Assembly (NCBI GenBank): GCA_037917625.1
Contig: JAVCBY010000021.1
Coordinates: forward strand, 1-13,141
Direction: 5' to 3'
Length of the DNA stretch: 13,141 nt
Source of the DNA: Thermoproteota archaeon
GTDB lineage: Archaea > Korarchaeota > Korarchaeia > Korarchaeales > Korarchaeaceae
This document shows positions 1-8,407 of the stretch, piece by piece (the first letter of the stretch is position 1; every line of letters starts with the position of its first letter). A program made the translations under genes and the position numbers. The notes beneath the pieces are model-generated. The model did no database searches. It was not told the DNA's origin and saw nothing but the letters and a program-made list of their open reading frames with translations.

Positions 1-281
1 AGGGAATAATTGGGATAGAGGATCCTTCTAAAAGGCTATGAAGGAGCTCAGTAAGGCCGTAGATTCTGAGCAGTAGTGGGAAATCGCTACAATACTGTAA
101 GTATTATTTGATTATTCCAAGTAACTCTCCAAAAATGATATCCGGTGTTATGGGGATTTCCAGAGAGGAGCTCAGTCGGAGGGATGATTTAAGCGTGAAT
201 TTTTTAATCAGGTGGGCTGCGAGTATGAGCAGCTCTATAATCGTTAAGCTGACGCGTATTGGTTGTGAGATCGATGCTTGA
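1..281 (+). pseudogene. Possible 3' remnant of a degraded gene (unknown product)
   Basis: An open frame from 63 to TGA 279-281 (ILSSSGKSLQYCKYYLIIP...IGCEIDA*) overlaps the next ATG (274) in an operon-like ATGCTTGA arrangement. Upstream pieces (GIIGIEDPSK / AMKELSKAV) lie in alternating frames. No family recognised with confidence. Confidence 0.25.
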
Positions 282-717
282 GGAAATTGAGAGTAAGATT
301 GAGAGAGCTCGAAGAACTCTAGAATCACTCAATTATCACTTGGATGTCTCTGCCCGGGATCTTATGGGCTATATGTCCGCTGAGACTTACACGGAGGACG
401 AAGTCACGTTGAGGGATGTCCTAGAAAAAGTACTACTTGATTCACGAGCTCGCTGAGATAAATGAGTGGAAGAGGTGTTTTAGAATTCGCAAGAGCATTA
501 TTGTGGGCTCTCCCAGAACGCTAGTTTACGAAATTCATTATGCAGCGCCTGAGAAGGAATTAGAGTACGCTTTGCGGAAAGGGGACTACGCTTGAGTGAA
601 GGGGAGGATTAGAGATCACTTAGAAGACCCGCATATACCGAGAGAATTTAACCGCAAGCTGAGCTGATTTTAGAAAAGTTCATTAAGATATTGGAGAGTG
701 AAGAGAAATTACCGTAA
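274..717 (+). pseudogene. Disrupted hypothetical protein (~145 aa when rejoined) with HExxE motif
   Basis: ATG 274 begins MLEEIESK...ETYTEDEVTLRDVLE. After a frameshift in the A5 run (425-429) it reads KYYLIHELAEINEWKR...VYEIHYAAPEKELEYALRKGDYA*VKGRIRDHLEDPHIPREF, with an internal TGA at 593-595. A second frameshift at ~650 leads to PQAELILEKFIKILESEEKLP* (TAA 715-717). The text stays protein-like across all three lesions. Confidence 0.6.
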
Positions 718-793
718 TTCTGTTTAATCACCTTAAGCATTTTCCTATGTCAAACTATATAATCAGCTCCCTGTCGGCGTTCACTATTTGGAT

Positions 794-1609
794 CTATATC
801 AGGAAGAGCGGTAGGCTCAAGCACGTCACACCCCCATCGCACTTCCTGAACTCGGATACATCCACCTCTACTATTCTGTAGCCCTCTCTCCTCAGTCTTT
901 CAGCTGTCCTAGGATACCCTTGGGGCATGAGGACCCTGTTCTCCCCGAGGTAGAGGACGTTCGCAGCATATGCTTCTTCTAGAGGCAAGAGAATCTGCCT
1001 GAAACCGCTGAAGTACTTCTGATCCACGAGCTCAGGCACAATCACGACTGTTTTATTGCCAACGTAACTTACCGCGGAGAGTAAGTGGAACACCCTTTCA
1101 GTAGGTACTGCGATGACTTCTTTCTCCTTGAAGAATGACTTGAGGGCCTCAACTCCTCCCGTATTTGTCCTAGTCGTGACCCCGACGAGCACGACACTTA
1201 AGTCAGTGATCATCACATCACCGCCCTCCAAGGTTGCTGGTGCCTCCACTTCAACAGTGCTGAACCCGAGCCCCCTCAGGAACTCTCTGACGCTAGCCTC
1301 TTCACCCCTCCTGCTCGGCTCCCCGAACCTGGAGATGAGCGCCTTCCCGCTAGGGACCCTCACTAAAGCGGTGTCCTGTATGAAGACTGAATCGGGGAAC
1401 CCCTCAAGGCTCGGCAGCTCCTTCACTTCTATCCCCTCCTCTCGCAATGCATTAACGTAATCCTCATGCTGCTTTAACGCTAGACTCAGGTCCACAGTGC
1501 CCCTGAGTGGGTGAGTTGAGATGCATTTAGGGAACTCGCGTGAAGGGGGCCTCACTAACACTGCGTTGAAGAGCCCTCCGAAACCGCGTTCATGATTCAC
1601 AAACATCAC
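794..1609 (-). CDS. Dimethylarginine dimethylaminohydrolase / amidinotransferase (pentein) family protein
   Basis: 271-aa ORF with family motifs ALKQHEDYV, FPDSVFIQD, RRGEE, LEGGDV, catalytic His in FHLLS and catalytic Cys in DGGVTCLSL. Start is GTG 1609 or ATG 1606. Confidence 0.9.
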   Translation of the reverse strand: MMFVNHERGFGGLFNAVLVRPPSREFPKCISTHPLRGTVDLSLALKQHEDYVNALREEGIEVKELPSLEGFPDSVFIQDTALVRVPSGKALISRFGEPSRRGEEASVREFLRGLGFSTVEVEAPATLEGGDVMITDLSVVLVGVTTRTNTGGVEALKSFFKEKEVIAVPTERVFHLLSAVSYVGNKTVVIVPELVDQKYFSGFRQILLPLEEAYAANVLYLGENRVLMPQGYPRTAERLRREGYRIVEVDVSEFRKCDGGVTCLSLPLFLI

Positions 1610-1630
1610 CTAGAGGTAAATAATACCAAC

Positions 1631-1640
1631 AAAATATAAG
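1631..1640 (-). promoter_or_regulatory. Putative archaeal TATA box for the amidinotransferase gene
   Basis: Minus strand CTTATATTTT lies ~25 nt upstream of the start codon, the spacing expected for a leaderless archaeal transcript. Confidence 0.35.
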
Positions 1641-1643
1641 AGG

Positions 1644-1661
1644 GATATATTCGATATATTC
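1644..1661. repeat. 9-bp perfect tandem duplication GATATATTC x2
   Basis: GATATATTC at 1644-1652 and 1653-1661, at the point where helicase-like reading first appears. Confidence 0.8.
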
Positions 1662-3958
1662 CTTCATACCATCTCAGGGCAGAACTAATGCAAGACTTGA
1701 ATATTTATAAAGTTGTATAAGAAGATTACGGAAAAGGAAGATGAAAATGGTGAGTGTAGAAAGTTATTAGGGAAAATATGGGAGGATTTGAGAGATAACT
1801 GAATTGATAGAGGTATTCGGAGATTTAGCAACCCAAGAGATGGTGTCCTTTACAAGCTTGATTATAGATAGAGGATAATCCAGCCGAACACCTCTTGGTT
1901 TATTTGTGATCGCTGCGGCGTAATTGTTCCCTCGAGCGTACGAGGGGTCTGTCCAACGTTTGGCTGTAATGGAAACCTAATTCCAGTAGATAACCAAAAA
2001 TTTGAAGATCTTGAAAGAAATTATTACCGTCATCTATATACTCATTTGGAACCCACAGTAATGACTCCCTATGAGCATACAGCACAGCTCACCAGACTAT
2101 GCTTCCAAACATCCAGCAAAAGTTTATAAGAGGAGATATCAATATTCTGAGCTGTTCAACTACATTCGAGCTAGGAGTGGATATCGGAGAATTGGAAGCT
2201 ATCTTTTTACGTAATGTCCCACCAGAACCCTCAAACTATATTCAACGCGCAGGAAGAGCAGGGAGAAGGCTTGATACCATAGGATTTATCCTGACTTTTG
2301 CTCAACTTCGTTCTCATGACCTTACATACTTTAAAGAGCCAGAAAAAATGATTGAGGGAAGAATAAAACCACCTGTCATCGAACTCAAAAATGAGAAGAT
2401 AATTTCACGCCATCTTCACTCTATTGCGATGGCAGATTTCTTCAGAAAATTTAGCGATTATTTTGGGACAGTAGAATCATTTTTCAGATTTGAAGAAGGC
2501 ATTTCTGGCACAGAAAGAGTAAAGGAGTATCTTCTCAAAAAGCCTGAATACATCCTGAAATCATCAAAAAGAGTCGTACCTGAGGACTTGCAGGAAGTCT
2601 TTGGAGTTGATGATTGGAAATGGGTTGATGGTCTTGTCGGCAAAGAAGGTGTCCTTACGAAAGCAGATGAGAAAATAAGGGATGAATTTACTCGACTTAA
2701 AGAATTTTATAGATTGAAGTATGAAGAATGGATTAAAGCACCAAATCAGCAAAAAAGAGACAAAATAAACGATGATATGAGATGGGCAGACAATAGAATG
2801 AAAACAATTAAGAGAAAACAGCTCATAGATTTCTTGGCATCTCATACAGTTATCCCCAAGTATGGTTTTCCAGTAGATGTTGTTGAATTGGACATTCTAT
2901 CGCATCAGGAGGATGCTAAGAATATCCAACTAGAAAGAGACTTGAGCATAGCTATTTCAGAATTTGCGCCGGGAAGTCAGGTAGTTGCAAATGGATATAT
3001 TTGGGAAAGTGAAGGATTGAAAGTTGTGAGGAATAGGACATGGCCAATTTACTGGTATGCTATTTGCCCTAAATGCAATAAATTTTTCATACAAAGTGGA
3101 ACAATAGAGGAAAGCCCACCCTCTTTTTCATGTGATGTTCATGGACCCATTTCACGGACAGATATACATAGATTTATCACGCCAATATTTGGTTTTGTGA
3201 CCTCTAAGGATTTTAAGCCAAAGAAACCGGGCGAATCAAGACCAAAGCATGAGTTTACTACAAGACCATATTTCTTCAGTTATGAGAAACCGGAGGAAAG
3301 GACATTCACTATTGGCAGATTCAAGATTAAATGTAAGTACTCTTCTGATGGAGAACTAGCCGTTATCTGTAAGGGGAAGAGGGGTGGATTTTGGATATGT
3401 TTTGATTGTGGTGCAGCTTTCCCGGAGAGAAGAAGAAAGCATATAACGCCTTACGGGATGGATTGTCCATCACCTTTGAAAGGCCCGTTTCATCTTGGAC
3501 ATACTTTTAAGACTGATGTGCTTTCTATTTCATTTGAAGAACCAAATATAGATGAAAGATATATCAAAGAGATATTTAGATCCAAGTCTATTAAGACAAA
3601 TAATAGATTTGTAGAAAGTTTCTGGTTATCCCTCTTGTACGCAGTACTCGAGGGCGCGAGTCAGGCCCTTGGAATAAAAAGAGAGGATCTGAATGGATGT
3701 CTTCATTCATCTGAGGGCAGAATTATGCTAATATTGTTCGATAATGTTCCCGGTGGAGCTGGGCATGTAAAACGCATAATTAATGGGAGAAACTTGTATG
3801 AAGTTCTTAAGAGCTCTCTAGCCCGAGTCAAGAATTGCACATGTGGGCTTGAAACCAGTTGTTACGGATGCCTCCGAAGTTATGAAAACCAATTCTGCCA
3901 TGACCTACTGAAGAGAGGCGTTGTCTTGGAATTTCTTGAAAGGAATCTGGAAGTGTAG
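1645..3958 (+). pseudogene. 5'-truncated, decayed large SF2 helicase with DUF1998 (Druantia DruE-like)
   Basis: Reconstructed N-terminal text: IYSFIPSQGRTNARLEYL / frameshift ~1708 / KLYKKI...LRDN*(TGA 1800)IDRG...YKLDYR*(TAG 1869)RIIQPNTSWFICDRCG...CPTFGCNGNL...NYYRHLY...EHTAQLT / frameshift ~2094-2110 / into the 619-aa ORF. The Walker A/DExH (RecA1) half is absent. Confidence 0.8.
2099..3958 (+). CDS. Intact C-terminal ORF of the DruE-like helicase (helicase motifs V-VI plus DUF1998 Zn-binding domain)
   Basis: 619 aa. Motifs: SCSTTFELGVDIG, RNVPPEPSNYIQRAGRAGRR, PKYGFPVDVVEL, ERDLSIAISEFAPG, LFDNVPGGAGHV and the DUF1998 Cys cluster CTCGLETSCYGCLRSYENQFCH. Expression is uncertain because no clear RBS precedes ATG 2099. 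Confidence 0.6.
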   Translation: MLPNIQQKFIRGDINILSCSTTFELGVDIGELEAIFLRNVPPEPSNYIQRAGRAGRRLDTIGFILTFAQLRSHDLTYFKEPEKMIEGRIKPPVIELKNEKIISRHLHSIAMADFFRKFSDYFGTVESFFRFEEGISGTERVKEYLLKKPEYILKSSKRVVPEDLQEVFGVDDWKWVDGLVGKEGVLTKADEKIRDEFTRLKEFYRLKYEEWIKAPNQQKRDKINDDMRWADNRMKTIKRKQLIDFLASHTVIPKYGFPVDVVELDILSHQEDAKNIQLERDLSIAISEFAPGSQVVANGYIWESEGLKVVRNRTWPIYWYAICPKCNKFFIQSGTIEESPPSFSCDVHGPISRTDIHRFITPIFGFVTSKDFKPKKPGESRPKHEFTTRPYFFSYEKPEERTFTIGRFKIKCKYSSDGELAVICKGKRGGFWICFDCGAAFPERRRKHITPYGMDCPSPLKGPFHLGHTFKTDVLSISFEEPNIDERYIKEIFRSKSIKTNNRFVESFWLSLLYAVLEGASQALGIKREDLNGCLHSSEGRIMLILFDNVPGGAGHVKRIINGRNLYEVLKSSLARVKNCTCGLETSCYGCLRSYENQFCHDLLKRGVVLEFLERNLEV

Positions 3959-4005
3959 AGTACTAGCTACGGATATAAGTAGACACACTTAACGAGCTAC
4001 TCCCC

Positions 4006-4070
4006 TTCTTTGCTAAAGAAATGACCCGCATAGGAGCAAGATAATATTTTTCTTATGGAATTTGTTCCAT
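4006..4070. repeat. Two short inverted repeats in the convergent intergenic region
   Basis: TTCTTT-GCT-AAAGAA (4006-4020) and ATGGAA-TTTG-TTCCAT (4055-4070). Function unknown. Confidence 0.4.
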
Positions 4071-4166
4071 GTTGAGAGAAATTCTGCCCTTCCTGTCCCC
4101 TCTATAGAAGATCCTAAGCTTACTAATCCCAAATAGATCTGCTCTACTAGTTCCAAGAAGATGGAT

Positions 4167-5414
4167 TCAAGCGGATCGATAAGAAGCACTAACGAGCCTT
4201 TTCAGTAGATCTGGAAATCTCGTGTGTATTGGTCTTACATTCCTGGGCCTCATTACACTCATTATGTGCGCCAGCTGGTAGGGATAGTAGTGGCCCGATG
4301 CCCTCATCCTGTAGTGCTGCACTCCCATAGCTGAGAGCCAATTAGCTATCACATCATACTCTAATGCTTCCTCTATCTCAGGTTCCGGTTCGGAGAGTAT
4401 AGCTACAGGGCTTTTCATGGCAGAGCGGAAACTTGGATCCCTCATAAGGTCTACTATATCCCTGTGTGAGATCAATATGATGGAGTTTCCACTTATCTCC
4501 TCAAGGGGAACTTTCTCCCTTATCGTCGGGTATCTCACAAAATCCTCCACTAGATTCATCTCCATAGGAAGCTCAGGCATCCTCTCCAGAAGCTTAGCTA
4601 TTTGAGCTGATGCTACGTAGCACTCAAATTCAAGCTCCTTCGATATCTCTAGAACGAGGTAAGCATACTCGAGATCGAGGCTATGGAGTGTGAATAGCAG
4701 AGGAGCTTGAGAGGGCTTTTGAGAGAGAGCAATCCTCCTTATCATATTGACGACATCATCAGGTGAGATAGGCGCCCTATTGGACCCTATATTAGTCCCC
4801 TCTATTATCAGAGTGTCCACTCTGACATCAGGATTCTCCTCCAAATACTTGAGCAGATCCTCGCCTAAAAGCTCAAGGAACCTCTCCTTCTTGAGAAAAC
4901 TGTCGACTCTGAGGTCCCCTGTGTACAAAATCGTCTCTTCCCTGCCGAAGTAGAGGAATGCATAAGCTGGATAAGCGCTGTGAGATACGGGAAGCGAAAT
5001 CACCCCGTTTTCATCCTCTTCTAAAGGCTTTATCTCTCTTATCTCCAGGAAGTATCTCCCTGTGATGAGGGAGAGCCATGAGGGAGAGTTCTCCCATCTC
5101 TCCTTCATATCCTCATATACCGAGAGGCTCGGTAAGTATACGCAAGCCTCGGATGGTATGTTATGCAGGAGTCCTAAATGATCTAAATGCATGTGCGATA
5201 TGTATATGCTACTTACATCCCCGTACCATTCTTGCTTCGGAATGACCCCGAGTCTCCTGAGCTCAGCTATCCCTTGAGGTGTTATGTGCATTGAGTAGTA
5301 TCTGTTCATTATATCGAATCTGATCCCTTGATCGAATACAAGAGTTTTATCTCCATCTCTTATCCTGACAAAATTTCCCCCTATGCTATTCTCACCAGAT
5401 AATATCTCTATCAA
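4167..5414 (-). CDS. MBL-fold metallo-hydrolase, RNase J / beta-CASP-like nuclease (~415 aa)
   Basis: Motifs SIGGN, VFDQG, SHMHLDH (HxHxDH), VSHSA, YTGDLR, IIEGTN, RASGHYY and RPIHT. Start reassigned from 5510 to TTG 5414: it overlaps the helicase TGA (TTGA), has GGAGG 7 nt upstream, and the fold begins there (MIEILSGENSIGGN). Confidence 0.88.
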   Translation of the reverse strand: MIEILSGENSIGGNFVRIRDGDKTLVFDQGIRFDIMNRYYSMHITPQGIAELRRLGVIPKQEWYGDVSSIYISHMHLDHLGLLHNIPSEACVYLPSLSVYEDMKERWENSPSWLSLITGRYFLEIREIKPLEEDENGVISLPVSHSAYPAYAFLYFGREETILYTGDLRVDSFLKKERFLELLGEDLLKYLEENPDVRVDTLIIEGTNIGSNRAPISPDDVVNMIRRIALSQKPSQAPLLFTLHSLDLEYAYLVLEISKELEFECYVASAQIAKLLERMPELPMEMNLVEDFVRYPTIREKVPLEEISGNSIILISHRDIVDLMRDPSFRSAMKSPVAILSEPEPEIEEALEYDVIANWLSAMGVQHYRMRASGHYYPYQLAHIMSVMRPRNVRPIHTRFPDLLKRLVSASYRSA

Positions 5415-8347
5415 GGGTTCCCCTCCTTCGGCCTCAGGATGTACCTCCTCTCCACCCTCTCGAATGCCTCCCAGTTCATCGTGCTGACTGGATCCCTGAA
5501 CCTGACCCATTCTGGGTTGCTCCCTATATTGTACACTATGTAGAGCCAGTACCTTTCCCTCTCCCTCTCAGCGAGCTCAGCCTCGTGAGGAGTCAACTCC
5601 CCGTATACTTCAGGCCCTAGATGACCCTTCACCTCTATTATCCTCGCTTCCTTCGTAGATGGATCGACGCTCCTTATATCGTAATGCTCCTCCTCAAGAA
5701 CGATTTCAGGGATTCTTCCCTCATCCCTCTCCACCTTCATGACGATCTCGAGGGCTCTCCTCTCTATCTCCTTTTTGAGTTCCTCGGAGATATCTATAGT
5801 CCCCTTAGGAGACTCGATGAACTGTATAGAGCCCAGATGCTTGGATATCAATATATCAAGGTCTTCCGCTTTCGTCCAGTTATCTGGATCCCTGAGCCCT
5901 TCCTCCTGCAGATTCCTGGAGTAAAGGGTGATAGTAGCGAGTAGATTATTGCATGAGTTCCTAAATTCATTTATCACTCTGGCTCTCAATTTCGTGGAGA
6001 TATCCGCATCCGGTATCTCAGCGATTCCAACTAAATTTGAGATCGCTGATGAGATTAAGTCAATGAGCTTTGCTCCTCTAAGGATCTTTTCGTTCTTCAG
6101 GTCTATCCCAACAGGCTCCTTGTAGAGCAAACTCCCACTCCTCTTGTCCTTTATCTCCACTAGCTCTATGACCACCCTCCCATTGGGACCGTAGGCCACT
6201 AGATTCACCGGAGAGGAGCTCCTCTCCTCCCAGAGAAGCGCACCATAGATAGTTCTTAAGCTTGTTATCGTTGTAGGCATCTCCGATCCCCTGATAACCT
6301 TCAGCTCATCCCCCTCTGAGAGGACCCTCAACCCGGAGAAACTCGATGCTGACTTGAGGAGCTTCTTCATCGAGTCCATTAAGTCATAATGACTCTCGAA
6401 TCCGATCTGAGCTACCGTATTTATTATCGTTTCTCTAGTTTTTTGGCTGTATAACACTCCCTTGGACTTCAGTTCTCTCTCTATCTCCTGCTTGGCAGCT
6501 ATTATGGACTCTATGAGATCGCTTAGGCCTTTCTCATCTTTCTTCAGATAGGTCTCTATTAATTCAGCTTCAGTCACCCTGCGGAACTTCTTCTCCCTCT
6601 TCAACGCGACGTAAGGAGGTAACTTCGTGAGATCCCCTGTTTCCGTATAAAGGATCACTTCTTGCCCTGTTATCGGCCTCGGGCTCAATTCCGCCCTCTT
6701 CAGATTGAGGAGCTTCTCATAAATAGATCTAAGTGCGGCACTATCCGCTTTATTCGTCATGAAGAGAGTGTATATCTCGACTTCCCTCTTCTGTCCGAGT
6801 CTCCACACTCTACCTATCCTCTGCTCCAGCTTTATCAAGCTCCAGGGGACCTCGTAATTTATCAGAATATGAGCTACCTGCAGATTTAGGCCCTCAGCCG
6901 CGACATCCGTGGCTATGAGAACTCTGGCATTCGGATCATTCTCGAAAGCTCTTCTTATTTCCATGAATTTCCTCTCATCAGCTGTTTCATCGGAACTGAG
7001 CCTGAGGATTGAATTCGCAGACCACCCCTCATTCAGAAGCTTTTCCATTATGTAATCAAGTGTATCCTTATACTCAGTGAAAACTATGACCTTCGAGTCC
7101 TTTTCCTCCCTTACTTCATCCAACAGGGAGATGAGTGCATTGAGCTTGCTGTCCCCCATCTCCATTATACCCTTCGCCATCTCAATGAGCTTCCTCATCT
7201 CCTCCTTATCCCTCTCAGACATGAGGGGAGACGTGGCATCGAGGAATTCCTCCATGATCTCCTCAGGATCCCTTCCCGAATACTCTTGATCCTCATACCC
7301 GGTCCCTAAGAGTGTCTTCACACTGTGTATCAGGTCCTTCATATTTTCAGGAGCTGTCCTCCTCGCTATCAGTCTCTCGAGGGTCGTCACTGCAGCATAA
7401 GGGCTTGAAGATGCCCTCTTGAATATGAGAACTATGAGGAGGGGAAGCGCTTTCTCGCTGAGTATTCCCTTCTCATAAGCTAGATCTTTGAGTTTAGACT
7501 TCAGAAAATCGAGAAGCCTATTTATAAACTTCTCTTCATCCTTCCTCGCCTCTATGACTGTTGCATAGAATTTAGCCCTTGGGAATATCTCTCTCCCCTC
7601 ATATATCGTGTTTATCTCCTCCTTCGTCCTCCTGAAGATGATAGCTTCATGCGTCAGCTCATAGAACTGTCTCCTATCTAGGGATTTCCATTTATCAACT
7701 AGATAGGGATCTAGGAGCTGAAGTCTCGCTATGTAATCAATTGGATCTCCTCTGTGAGGTGTCGCTGAGAGGAAAATCACATTCCTTCTGGGTTTTCTCC
7801 CGATAAGATCTCCCCCTACCTTCTTAAATCTCTTCGTTTTCATTCCAAGCTTATGAGCTTCATCTACGATTATTATATCCCATGGGACATCCAGAACTTC
7901 TCTTATCCTCTTCTCTCTTTTTATGAAGTCTATTGAAGCTAGATAGTATCCGTTAGGGAATCCCTGCTTTTTTAGAAATTCTAAGTTCTCCCTTTCTATC
8001 TGATTAACTTTCATTATACCCATCCTGTTGAGCTCCTTCCTCCATTGCGGTATGAGGACTCTCGGGACTATTATCAATGCTTTAGATACTCTACCCATCC
8101 CTTCCATATATCGAGAGACCGCTAGAGCTGTTATCGTCTTTCCAAGCCCTATTTCATCCCCTATAAGAACTCTAACGGGGTTCCTGAGCGCGAGTCTCGC
8201 GAGTACTTCGCATTGATGGAGGTAGTGCTGAGGGGGGTCTTCCGTGGAAGTCTGGAGATAAGGATATATGAGGGGATGGTAGCTCAACTCCTTTAAGAAG
8301 CCTGAGATAAAGCCGATTACCCCATCCTCGAGTTTCATTAGTATCAT
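5411..8347 (-). CDS. SNF2-family helicase/translocase with C-terminal DUF3883-type PD-(D/E)xK nuclease domain
   Basis: 978 aa. Walker A GDEIGLGKT, DEAH, motif III SATPHRG, FRRTK, VIVFTEYKDT, ATDVAAEGLNLQ, EQRIGRVWRLGQ. C-terminal EIERRALEIVM...YDIRS...RIIEVKG...ERYWLYIV (about 5411-5790). Confidence 0.92.
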   Translation of the reverse strand: MILMKLEDGVIGFISGFLKELSYHPLIYPYLQTSTEDPPQHYLHQCEVLARLALRNPVRVLIGDEIGLGKTITALAVSRYMEGMGRVSKALIIVPRVLIPQWRKELNRMGIMKVNQIERENLEFLKKQGFPNGYYLASIDFIKREKRIREVLDVPWDIIIVDEAHKLGMKTKRFKKVGGDLIGRKPRRNVIFLSATPHRGDPIDYIARLQLLDPYLVDKWKSLDRRQFYELTHEAIIFRRTKEEINTIYEGREIFPRAKFYATVIEARKDEEKFINRLLDFLKSKLKDLAYEKGILSEKALPLLIVLIFKRASSSPYAAVTTLERLIARRTAPENMKDLIHSVKTLLGTGYEDQEYSGRDPEEIMEEFLDATSPLMSERDKEEMRKLIEMAKGIMEMGDSKLNALISLLDEVREEKDSKVIVFTEYKDTLDYIMEKLLNEGWSANSILRLSSDETADERKFMEIRRAFENDPNARVLIATDVAAEGLNLQVAHILINYEVPWSLIKLEQRIGRVWRLGQKREVEIYTLFMTNKADSAALRSIYEKLLNLKRAELSPRPITGQEVILYTETGDLTKLPPYVALKREKKFRRVTEAELIETYLKKDEKGLSDLIESIIAAKQEIERELKSKGVLYSQKTRETIINTVAQIGFESHYDLMDSMKKLLKSASSFSGLRVLSEGDELKVIRGSEMPTTITSLRTIYGALLWEERSSSPVNLVAYGPNGRVVIELVEIKDKRSGSLLYKEPVGIDLKNEKILRGAKLIDLISSAISNLVGIAEIPDADISTKLRARVINEFRNSCNNLLATITLYSRNLQEEGLRDPDNWTKAEDLDILISKHLGSIQFIESPKGTIDISEELKKEIERRALEIVMKVERDEGRIPEIVLEEEHYDIRSVDPSTKEARIIEVKGHLGPEVYGELTPHEAELAERERERYWLYIVYNIGSNPEWVRFRDPVSTMNWEAFERVERRYILRPKEGNP
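5422..5426 (-). promoter_or_regulatory. Shine-Dalgarno sequence for the MBL nuclease
   Basis: Minus strand AAGGAGGGGAACCC-TTG, embedded in the last helicase codons. Confidence 0.65.
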
Positions 8348-8362
8348 AAATTTGAGGAAAAT

Positions 8363-8380
8363 TAACTTAAAAGTTTAACT
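8363..8380 (-). promoter_or_regulatory. Putative internal archaeal promoter (TATA-like) for the helicase-MBL pair
   Basis: Minus strand AGTTAAACTTTTAAGTTA; TTTTAAG (8372-8366) lies ~20-25 nt before ATG 8347, in an AT-rich patch of the 148-bp gap. Confidence 0.5.
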
Positions 8381-8384
8381 ATCT

Positions 8385-8407
8385 ATGGGAAGGGTTACCG
8401 TTCCCAT
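8385..8407. promoter_or_regulatory. 23-bp near-perfect palindrome (operator-like or hairpin)
   Basis: ATGGGAA-G-GGT-T-ACC-G-TTCCCAT: 10 of 11 symmetric pairs match around a central T. It sits just upstream of the TATA-like box. Confidence 0.55.

Noticed and set aside
1-90. Class I SAM-methyltransferase remnant (EDP.KAMKEL...SGK resembles DP..AL.E..RVL..GG)
   Set aside because: It needs two frameshifts within 70 bp and the match is too short to support a call.
104-328. 74-aa minus-strand ORF, and likewise 1900-2085 (-)
   Set aside because: Both are antisense shadows of plus-strand pseudogene frames.
593-1871. Stop-codon reassignment, selenocysteine or pyrrolysine readthrough to explain the internal TGA/TAG codons
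   Set aside because: TGA and TAG terminate intact genes in the same window, and the same relics also contain frameshifts.
5415-5510. N-terminal 32-aa extension of the MBL ORF (start at 5510 in the ORF track)
   Set aside because: It overlaps the helicase 3' end by ~100 bp. The TTG at 5414 has an SD, a TTGA coupling and coincides with the start of the MBL fold.
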